DNA of 64,000 nt, taken from NCBI RefSeq assembly GCF_009914755.1, contig NC_060947.1; one strand, 5' to 3'. The position numbers and the translations under genes were made by a program. Each line of letters begins with the position of its first letter. Position 1 is the first letter of the stretch. The notes below the pieces were generated by a model, which was not told the DNA's origin, did not search any database, and saw only the letters and a list, made by a program, of their open reading frames with translations. The DNA comes from the human T2T-CHM13v2.0 reference genome, Homo sapiens. Positions 1-12,995 of the stretch are shown here, piece by piece.

Positions 1-260
<260 letters not shown>

Positions 261-429
261 TTAAAAATTAAGAAAATTAGGGGATGATATCTCATCGACT
301 AAGAAAATATAACATCTGGGGTCATAGTTCTCCAGATTTCCATGCTGGCTATTCGGTCTCTCTATCCTAATTTTAAAATGTAGCGAACAATTCATTTGCA
401 CAGCATTTTACAATTAACAAAATGCATTC

Positions 430-545
430 TTTCACATTTAACTCACTTGTTCCCCACAATAAATGGGAAATTTTCATTTTATAATTGAGGAAAGTCAATC
501 TCTGAGAGCTTAAGTAATTTCCCTAGGGTCACTCAACAAGTAAAG
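430..545. mobile_element. MIR fragment
   Basis: MIR-core-like tgaggaaa...taagtaatttccctagggtcac. Confidence 0.5.
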
Positions 546-615
546 GCTATATTCCATACTAAATATTAGGGTCTTTTCTACTACTCACAAAATCCCATGT
601 AAGAAATGTCAAGCA

Positions 616-890
616 GGCCAGGTGCGGTGGCTCACGCCTGTAATCTCAGCACTTTGGGAGGCCGAGGCAGGCAGATCACGAGGTCAGGAGATCGAGACCA
701 TCCTGGCTAACACGGAGAAACCCCGTCTCTGCTAAAAATACAAAAAATTAGCCGGGCGTAGCGGGCGCCTGTAGTCCCAGCTACTCAGGAGGCTGAGGCA
801 GGAGAATGGCGTGAACCCGGGAGGCGGAGCTTGCAGTGAGCCGAGATTGCGCCACTGCCTTCCAGCCTGGGCGACAGCGCAAGACTCCAT
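616..890 (+). mobile_element. AluY lacking poly(A) tail
   Basis: AluY diagnostic gagaccatcctggctaacacgg; flanked by tgtcaagca at 607-615 and 891-899. Confidence 0.93.
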
Positions 891-2005
891 TGTCAAGCAA
901 GGGCATCTCTAAATTATGACACAAACACTAAACTACCTTTTTAGAATACCATTTTGCTGCCTACCAAAAGGAAAGTGTTTATTAATCAATCAGTAATCAA
1001 CATCAGTAGTAAAACAAAAACTAAAACACAGGAACTAAAACTAATATTCAAATGTGACAAAGATGCTCAGGACAAAATTTCATTAAGGCAAGTTCACTGA
1101 ATCCAAAGTATTAGTCCCTAACACCAGCTCTCTTCACTTTCACAGTATCTCATTTGTACTGAGATACCAGTTATCCTAAGATTAATGATAAATCTCCAAA
1201 AGGATTTTAAATCATTGAAAGTACGTTCCTTAGAGCCCATCTGTGGAAAAAAAAATGCCAAGGATCAATCTAGACAAATCGCTAAAGCCAATATATTTCA
1301 GAGAGCGCGTGGTGGCTCAAGCAAGTCAGTAGTCAGGAGTAGTCAGGAATACCGATTTCCAGATATTGACCTCTCTCTGTCATAATACCTATCAGTTAGC
1401 ATTATATGCACAATACACTGCACTGGGGTTGAGCAGAGCATGCTTTTTGATATCCCATGATGCATCCTGTTCTTCCTAACTATGGCTATGTCCACATGGC
1501 AGTTAATAAATCAAACATGCTTAAACTGCTTCCACACTTAGAGATGCAATAACTATGCTACCAGCACTCAAAGATCATTCTGCTATTCTAATTGACAATT
1601 TAAGCTATTATTAGTAATTGGAGAACAACAGCTGGTTAAGAAAAGAATACAGGTATGTCTGGAATTTAAATACAGTGTTTTAAAGTACTTGGTGAGGATC
1701 AAATGAGATAATGTGAAAACACTTTTAAACTTGAAGGTGTTATATGCAGATGCAACTTCTTATAACAACATATAATCATAGATGTATGTATATTTTTTAA
1801 GGACAATAACAAACAATCTTTATAAAAGTTTTTCATAAAAAACATAAAATTACTTCTAGTATTTTGCATATAAAATGAGGGTAATACAATCTATGTCATT
1901 CCAAATGTAAGCGCTAACTGGTGCTTTCAGTTTTAGAGATGAAAATGCGAAATAAATGTAAAACTATATACCACACCTAAACACATTTATAACTTTGGTT
2001 CAGTC

Positions 2006-2326
<321 letters not shown>

Positions 2327-2889
2327 TAAAAATGATTTAAAAATCTTAAAATGTGGTTTTTAAAAAGTTTCCAAATCACCATTTCAATATATAAAACTTA
2401 TAGATTAACAAGAACTGTTCATTTAAACACACACAACCTTGATTACTCTGTTGTCCCCAGTAAAGCTCCAAGGAGGAAGCAATAAATTAGCCAACAACTC
2501 AATAGGGTCACCACAAATGAAAGGACATCTGTATTATTTAAATTATCTACCTTAAGATGAATTGCAAGAAGCAAATCTTATTCTATTATGTGGTCAGTAA
2601 CAGCCAACTAGGAAGCAGAAAATAAAGTGCCCAGATGAAAATTCAGAAACAATCACAACTTCAAAATTTTCCCTCTATCATTACTTAAAATTCTGGAAAA
2701 TTTAGAGTGTTATATTTTAAATGCCATATTCAAAAATCTTACAGTTCAACATAAACTGACCAAAATGCTTCATCATGTACAGATTCTTTTTTAAATGACA
2801 TTTCAGATCAGGATACGTCAATACTTAACTGCAAGCAGCTTTAATAAAAAAGCACCTTCCCTTGTGTTCAAAATTACAAGTAAAACACT

Positions 2890-3005
2890 AAACACTAAAT
2901 CAGATGACCGTTTCAGAAAACAGAAGGCAAGGATTTCTAGAATATGTAATTTAGTATAAACACTGAATCAGATGATTGTTTCAGAAAACAGAAGGTAAGG
3001 ATTTC
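2890..3005. repeat. Local direct duplication, 48-bp unit at 68-bp spacing
   Basis: 2890-2937 vs 2958-3005, 4 mismatches. Confidence 0.9.
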
Positions 3006-3414
3006 ATTACTACTACTAACAGTAGTAATGAAATGTTGAAGAAATTCAATTTATCATTACCTTAATATTATTCTGATAAATTAAGCATTAATGACAATCA
3101 GTTCAAATGAAAGTATACATATGAACAAAAAGGCAGGATTTTTGTCTCATATATGCAGTATACGTGGCCATGCAACCCCTATTTACTATGTTGATATCCT
3201 AGTTAACACTTCATTGTACATTTGTACTCTTTCCTTTTCATACCCCAATACACCTTAAGTTTGTAATGCTGCTATATAATGTAATATTCCAGGTAAATCA
3301 AGATGATACTATTAATACTTTGCCCTAAATTTCAATCCAAAACATGCAGCTAAATCAAAGACCACACTTTATAAATCTATCATTCCAATAACAATTTAAA
3401 AAATACCTACCCCA

Positions 3415-3748
<334 letters not shown>

Positions 3749-4189
3749 CTACAATGCAGCCACTCAAAATCAGGTCATATGTGAAATAATTTTAATCAAA
3801 AATATTACTGACAAACTTAGCAATCAAACCAACACTGCACATTCACTTCTCAGCCACTACACTTCTGTTCAAATTATCACTCAACCCTGCCCATCTTCTC
3901 TTACAAAGAAGTCCATAGGTAGAGAACAGACATGTAAAAGAAAACCATGGTATCTAAACTATAATGTTCAAACAACAGAACAAACTCTGTGTACGTAAAA
4001 AAAATAGAAAATATAAAAACAGAAAAGAATATTTAAAAGATACGTTAAAATTGAGTATATGTAAGAATTAACAATTTTATTTAATTCCTTAAAGGTTAAG
4101 CCTCACTAGTAATGAAAAAAAAAGAGCTACTTAAGTCAACCAGGAGCTATTGCCATCTATTAAATATTAAAGAAACTGAATGATTTAAA

Positions 4190-4560
4190 GCTATTAAAAA
4201 ACTCACTCTAAATACCTAGATGATGACATTATAAATTAGTACAATCTTCTGGAGAGCAAACAATATATGACAAGAGCTATAAAACTCATGAGACCCTTTG
4301 ACCTGGTAACTCCACTTTAGGGAATAAAGTCCAGGAAAATAACTGGGGGCAGAAGGGATAGGGGAGAAAGTAAAAAGCAGAAAAAGACCACCTAACTATG
4401 CAAAGTTATTAGTAAAAATCTGGAAGTAGCTCAAATGCTCAACTGGAAGCTTGGTTCAAATCATATCGTACCTTAAATACAACTGAATTTTTTCTTACCA
4501 TTAAAATAATGATGACTATTCAAATACACAAGTACATTTTTAAATGTTAAGAAAAATATG
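4190..4560 (+). mobile_element. Old L1M 3' fragment
   Basis: Degenerate aaattagtacaatc...tttgacc...ccactttagggaat motif typical of L1M 3' ends. Confidence 0.45.
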
Positions 4561-6275
4561 AAGCATAAAATGGACACTGATCACAATTATGTAAAAATGT
4601 CTTTACAATATGAGGAAAAGTCTAGTAAACTGGGTTGTTGGGGTTTTTTTGGTGAGGAGACTATTTTTTAATTACTTTGATTTTCATTTCCTTTTTATCA
4701 CTGTCAAGTTAGTTTCAAAAAAGCTTTTTCCTTTTAATCTCCTTTGCCACTTGCTTAAAATAACACATATAGGCTGTGAGAAGGACAAATGTAAAGGAAA
4801 ACATTTTCAATACACCTCAGTATTAAAACTATATATAAAAACCTGTATCAGTCATTAAGTGTTAAAACATATTAGTAGGCACTGTTGTTTTTGCCTCTTT
4901 TAGGGGGAGGGAAAGACTTAAGTCCAACAGAAAGACTGACTACAAATTAACCTGGCAGTACATGAAGTTTTTCAAAACTAATTTTTCTCCATCTGAGAAA
5001 TTGTTACTATTAATAATACAGATGGTCGAGTTTACCCTTATCACAATTATACCATTTTCTGTGATTTGCAAAATATAAGAAAACTATACAGTCGGTAGAC
5101 TTGATAATAATAATGTGGCCTCACTGTTGTAAGATAACACAAACAAAAATAACAAAATGAACATTGAAGCAATTTAAATATAGTCTTATTGCAAGCAAAT
5201 TTTAAATCATTTATATTTAGAGTCTATCATACACCGCCAACTTTCTTTAACTTTGTCCGATTTTCCTCCACTTGGATCTTACTTGAAGGAAAGATAGCTG
5301 AATTTAGATTTTAGTAACATCATTCCTTTCTCCTTTCACTACCCTCCAATGCACTGTGGCAGCAGCTAACACAAGGGAACCTCCCCCGCAAAATAAAAAG
5401 GATCACCTGTTTTTGTGTGTCAATGCTGAACACAAGGTACATTTATACTATGAATTATATTTGCAGGAGAAACAACATAGACCAATGCCTTTGGTCCTTC
5501 ACTAAAGTATATTCCATTTTTAAATATGTCCATTGTTGTCTCCTTGTAAACCCAAAATCGTGTTTCACCAATTCTCAAAAAGTGATAACTCAGTTTCTAT
5601 TTAGTGAAAACGGGTCTATGCAAATGCGACTTAACTGATAATTGAATGAGCTTATAAAATCGGAGATACGTAACGATTATGCTTTTACTCAGTAGACCAT
5701 TACCTAACCGGCAAAATTTGAAATTGGCTTGACGCTCCTTATTATTTTTAATTATGTCGTTTTTCCTAATCCCTGGTCCGTCAATTCCCCTCCAGAGCCC
5801 CTTCCTCCCACGCCTCCCCCCTGCCCCCCCGCCCCCCCCAAAAAAGACCAAGCCTGGCCTTAGTTCCCGTATTTCAGGCCAGGACCAACCAGAAACCAGT
5901 TTTCTTCCACTAATCCGGAACTCCGGGCTGTTACCAACGCTGTCATTGGCCAGCGTCAGACCTTAGTACGTGCCCCAAGATAACCCCTTGGTTTCTCTCC
6001 CTTTTCCGCCTACAATGGGCCTTCCCCAATGTTTGTAACATATTCATAATCCACAACACGGCACCTCTGATAATCAACTCACATTCTTCAAAGTTTTCGG
6101 GTGGAAACAAGCAGGGCCAAGGGGAGGGCAAGGTACCCTTTTTCCGACTAGCAGGGATGGGGGAAGGGGCAGTCGTTCTTTGGCTCTGCACCGAGCTCTA
6201 GAACCTCGTCGGCTGAGAGGTGGGGGGCGGGTTGGGGGTACAAGGTGGGGAGGGAGTGGTGAAAGAGTTAGGTTA

Positions 6276-6455
<180 letters not shown>

Positions 6456-6773
6456 TCAACACTTTACCGTCTTTATTTCTCTCGGCCTGATAGCTATTGG
6501 CTCAGAGCTAGACAAGTATATGGGGGGGGGGGGGAAGGGGGGTCGAGAAGGAAATCCTGAAAAACTGCCTCCCACAAGCATAAAGCGGGGACGAGTTAAG
6601 ACCCCAGCGTTGTCTGCCCCTTTTGAGGGAAGAAGCCAATTCACCCCGGTGACAACAGCTACGGGTACCCAGATCGAAGCCTCTATCCCAGCCCGTCTTC
6701 CGCCCCTGACTTGCCCTCCCCTTCCTCCAGTCTCACCTCAACCCTCCCCACCCTTCCCGAAGGGGCTCCGTAC

Positions 6774-6803
6774 CTGATGCTCCTCGAGCTCCTGCACTAG
6801 CAC
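6774..6803 (-). CDS. BRWD3: BRWD3 coding exon 3 (VLVQELEEHQ)
   Basis: 30 nt; acceptor TTTTGCTCAG, donor CAG|GTACGG; phase 0/0. Confidence 0.97.
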
Positions 6804-6898
6804 CTGAGCAAAAGGGAAACACAGATATGAGGAGCAGCTCGGGCCATCAACCCATTCCTCCCTCCACACTTAAAGCCCAGCCGCTGACCGTTTGACTA

Positions 6899-7090
<192 letters not shown>

Positions 7091-7202
7091 TCAGAGGGAG
7101 GTAGAGAAGAGAAATAGAAGCTTTTTCAAAAGAAACTGACAGCCTTCGCGCTAAGCCCCCATTCCCTTAGCACCCCCCCCACCCCCCGACACAGCTACCC
7201 AC

Positions 7203-7233
7203 CGGCTTCGATCTGGGTAGGTGCTGCCGCCAT
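7203..7233 (-). CDS. BRWD3: BRWD3 coding part of exon 1 (MAAAPTQIEA); bromodomain and WD repeat-containing protein 3
   Basis: ATG at 7233 in strong context AGGATGG; 31 nt to donor CCG|GTGGGT; exons join in frame (31+59+30+60). Confidence 0.97.
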
Positions 7234-7301
7234 CCTTTTCCCGAGGGGGTTTGGGGGCTTCGCTCCGGAGGGGCTGGCGGGGGCGGGTGGGGGCGCTGCC
7301 T

Positions 7302-7405
7302 CTATTGTGGTGAAGCCCCCATGCCCGGGAGTCCCGCCGCTTCCGCCGCACTCCTCGTCCTAGTTTCGCTCTCTCTCGAATTCATCGCATCACGTTTCGA
7401 CCCAT
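7302..7405 (-). promoter_or_regulatory. BRWD3: Two overlapping uORFs in the BRWD3 5' leader
   Basis: 7405-7382 MGRNVMR*; 7385-7302 MNSRESETRTRSAAEAAGLPGMGASPQ*; assumes TSS is upstream of 7405. Confidence 0.7.
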
Positions 7406-7426
7406 AGATATTCTAGCCCAAGAGCT

Positions 7427-7482
7427 GAGGAGGCGGAGGAGGAAGGAGAGGAGAGGGAGAGGGAGAGAGAGAGTGAGTGAGT

Positions 7483-7514
<32 letters not shown>

Positions 7515-7515
7515 G

Positions 7516-7579
<64 letters not shown>

Positions 7580-7640
7580 GCGGGGGGTGGGGGGGCGGAG
7601 AGAGAGAGAGAGAGAGAGATAGACGGAGCGAGAAGAGGGA
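7427..7640. repeat. Polypurine/polypyrimidine tract with (GA)29 microsatellite
   Basis: Pure GA repeat 7521-7578, further GA runs on both sides, G-runs 7582-7595. Confidence 0.97.
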
Positions 7641-9058
7641 GGAGCCGAAGTGGCGAAGAGGTGGGCGGGGGCAAAGGGGGTGGAGAGAGGGGAGGGTAAA
7701 AATGGTGATAGGGTTTTGCAGCGCTCATAGTTCCCCGCTAGAGGCACTAATACAGCAGCTGAGCCTAGACTCTCCCGGAGCCCGATGGTTGCTTAGCTAC
7801 AGCTCTGGGAAGGAGGGGGAGGTGCTAACTGACGGCCGACGCTCTGGCAGCCGCCTTGGAACTCTGTGGTGGCATTCGCGTCTGCGAGCTCCGGAGTGAC
7901 TTTCCCTTCCTGTGAAGGCAATCCGGCCCTTTCCGGTGGAGGACCCTTCCCCCTGGGTTGATCTTGAGGAACTTAAGAGACGGTGTTTTGACTCGACTCC
8001 TTTCCCCTTTTTCCTCCCGGTACCAAAGCGGTTTTGTTTGCTGTTTATACTCTACCCCGTGGAAAGGCGGCTAGCTGGCTAAAGGGTTTTATGCCTGGGG
8101 GAGGATGAGTCGCTATTTGGTCGTGACTTGTTTCTGTTTAAAATTATTATTATTTACCAAATGAAAATGTTGTACTTACCAGTCCAAAGTGCGGGGCTTA
8201 TATTGTTAGAAGACCACTTAAAATGCTCCTGGATTCTGACAAATATTGCATGAGAAATTTGCAATCAGCCGTGAAGCATGTTTCCCCTTCTGAAAGTTTA
8301 ACACGTGCCGTATCTACGGCTGGGATCTAACACATCCCATTCCTACAGGGTAATTTCCTATTGTGTTTTCAAATACTACTAAAGTACTTTAACCAAGAGT
8401 TTTCAATAATCTTTATGTATTATTGCCTATCTCTATGCAAGGTATCAATAGTTTTCTACAGGTTCGGGACTACACTGTTTAATATATAACCCCAACCCTT
8501 GGTACCGCACTGACCTTCAGTATTTGGTTGCTGAAATCTTCAATGATGAAAGGGGTTGGTATGATAATTGACACAGATTAGTAAACCGGGTCCTTTTCTT
8601 CCCTACTTTCCCGTAACATCCTGTCCCCACCCCACTCCCTCACCTAAACCTGATGAGACCAGAAATGCATTTTAAGTTGCATGTATTATTTACATTGAAA
8701 TATTACAATTTGAAGGTTCATCTAAATTTAAGGCTATATTCTTGGGAATTGGGTTTCCTCACTCAGCTCTGCCACTGACCACAGTGGGCCTTGAATTTCT
8801 AAGTTGACATAAACTTAGCCTAGGTTGATTAGCTCTCACTTGTAATTTTTTTTTTTCCTCAGAAAGCAATAACCACAGGAGGTAATTGTGAAGTGATAGG
8901 CTTATCTTTGGTTGTTATTGCCATGGAACTTGACAAAACAAATATGAATAATTGATACAACAAAATGATATAAAAAGATACATGAGACCTAGACAACTCA
9001 TTGCAAGTAGTTTAGCAAAATACCAGACTGAATAATTTTATAGTTGAAGTATAATGTA

Positions 9059-9416
9059 CAGGTTGAGTATTCTTTATCCAAAGTGCTTGGGACCAGAAAT
9101 GTTTTGGATTTTGGACTTTTTCAGATTTTGGAATATTTGCATATACATAATGAGATATTTCAGCTATAGGACCCAAGTCTAAATTTGAATTTCATTTGTT
9201 CCATTTATACCTTATACACATAGACTGAAGATAATTTTATATAATATTTTCAATAACTTTGTGCACGAAACAAAGTCTTGACTGCCTTTTGACTGTGATC
9301 CTCCACTTGAGGTCAGATGTGGAATTTTCCATTTGTGGCATCATGTTGACACTCAAAAATTTTGGATTTTGGAGCATTTTGAATTTTGGATTTTTAGATT
9401 AGGGATGTTTGACCTG
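9059..9416. mobile_element. Tigger4b/MER46-type non-autonomous DNA transposon
   Basis: Terminal inverted repeats caggttgagtat... / ...atgtttgacctg flanked by TA; ~360 bp. Confidence 0.8.
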
Positions 9417-9424
9417 TATGTAAC

Positions 9425-9670
9425 AGTTAACACTTAACAAGCCATTATCATGTCCTCAGCACTTTTACGTGCTTACCTCATTTAATCTTTACAATGACCC
9501 TAGGAGATAGGTTCAATTGTTATTCTCATTTTACAAATGATAAAAATGACTATGAATTTGGTCCACTCACAGCCTGTGAACCTCATTCCTCACCTGTAAA
9601 ATGTGAATAATAAATAGTATTTGCCATGTCTACTTCAAGGAATTGTTATAAAATTCGTGTGAAAATGTAT
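9425..9670. mobile_element. MIR fragments
   Basis: ctcatttaatctttacaat...attttacaaatga and cctcacctgtaaaatg cores. Confidence 0.6.
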
Positions 9671-9719
9671 TTGTGTACTCTTTCAAAATTTATGTGGCAG
9701 TTATTCCATGATCACCTCT

Positions 9720-10411
9720 GTATCAGTCAGTTCAATTATTAATGATAACAGGAAATTGGAATAATGAGGGCTTAGCTAGCAAGAAGTAAAGAGAACTCTA
9801 AATACTACAGATGTAGCAGGTATATAATAGTAGATATGATAGCCACTACCCCTGGAACTGAGATAAAGCATTCTCTTCCCTTAGCTGAGATCCAGACCTT
9901 CTTAGAGAGAACACAGCCAGTGGAGAGTCACTCTATGGCAGGAAATATTCTGTATTGCCTTACAGGCAGAACTTGCTGAAACTCCAACCTCTGGAAATTA
10001 CTGGAACCCTGCATTCTAGAACTTGCTGGAAACCCACCCTCTGGAATTGGCCTGCTAGAGTGCCTGAGAAGGATGTTCATAGGGAAATGTTTCAGCAGAG
10101 GAACTCTACTACAAAAACCACAAGAGGGAGGGTGCCAGGGGAAGTGGCCTGGTGCTATTGAAACTGCAACACAGAAGCCAGCCACTGGAGAGAGCTGCAC
10201 AAGCTGCAGGAACACCCTACCCAGTAAGCCGGCCAGAAGGAGGGAGCAAAACCTTTTCTCTCTGCAACATCTTTCCAGTTTCCTCTACTGGAAAAGCTTC
10301 ATTGCCAGCTGACAAAAGGAAAAATACTTAAATGGATCAGATCCATTTTCACAGAGCAGTCAATAATGGTGAATTTGGAGATGATAAGCAACAAATTGAT
10401 GAACTGGCACA
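9720..10411. mobile_element. Possible ancient solo LTR, family not assigned
   Basis: Begins tgtatcagtcag, ends ggcaca; GC-richer than flanks. Confidence 0.35.
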
Positions 10412-10678
10412 ACTTCCCTGCTACTTTCTTGATTGTAATGCCTAGATAGGGAATAGGAAAGTTATTGAAATGTATGTGTTCCCATGAAATGTGTTTATTT
10501 GTTGTTCAAGATCAATACTAATAAATGGGGACTAATGTTCTGAAGTATTTTGGAACAATTAGAATCACCACTCTTAACCCTGTGGCCAAAGTCTTAAATG
10601 GACAGGGAGGAAAATGTTTATAAACTGAAGCAAAAATTGATCTACATAGAAAATAAATCTGGAGTATTTACTTGGTAG

Positions 10679-11124
10679 GTATACTAGTTTCCTAGGGCTG
10701 CCATAACAAGTTATTACAAACTGGGTGGCTTAAAACAACAGAAATTTGTTCTCTCACAGTTCTAAAGGCCAGAAATCCAAAATCAAGGTGTTTGCCAAAG
10801 CCATGCTCTAGGGGAGAATCCTTTGCTTCTTCCAGCTTCTGGTGGCTCCTGGCATTACTTGGTTTGTGAGAGCATAATTCTAATGTCCGCTTCTACCTTC
10901 ATATGGCCTTCTTTCATATGACATGTCAAATCTTCCTCTCCTTTTTCTTATAAGGACACCAGTCATTGGATTTCAGGCTCACCCTTAAGCCGGGATGATC
11001 TCATCTCCAGAACCCTAACTTAATTACATCCACAAAGACCCTATTTCTAAGTAAGATCATATTCACGAGTACTGGGGTTAGGACATGGACATCTTTTTGG
11101 AGGACACAATTCAATCCACCAACA
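10679..11124 (-). mobile_element. MLT1 (MaLR) solo LTR
   Basis: tagtttcctagggctgccataacaa...ggcttaaaacaacagaaattt...gacacaattcaatcc. Confidence 0.88.
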
Positions 11125-11158
11125 CATTTTTATTTTACTTTGGTCTTTAAAAAGAATA

Positions 11159-12082
<924 letters not shown>

Positions 12083-12089
12083 ATCACAT

Positions 12090-12995
<906 letters not shown>

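Noticed and set aside
7382-7899. ORFs encoding ERERER / SLSLSL repeats
   Set aside because: Stop-free translation of the GA/CT microsatellite; no coding evidence
9928-10312. Three overlapping short ORFs near the promoter
   Set aside because: No recognisable protein; region looks like an old LTR-type repeat
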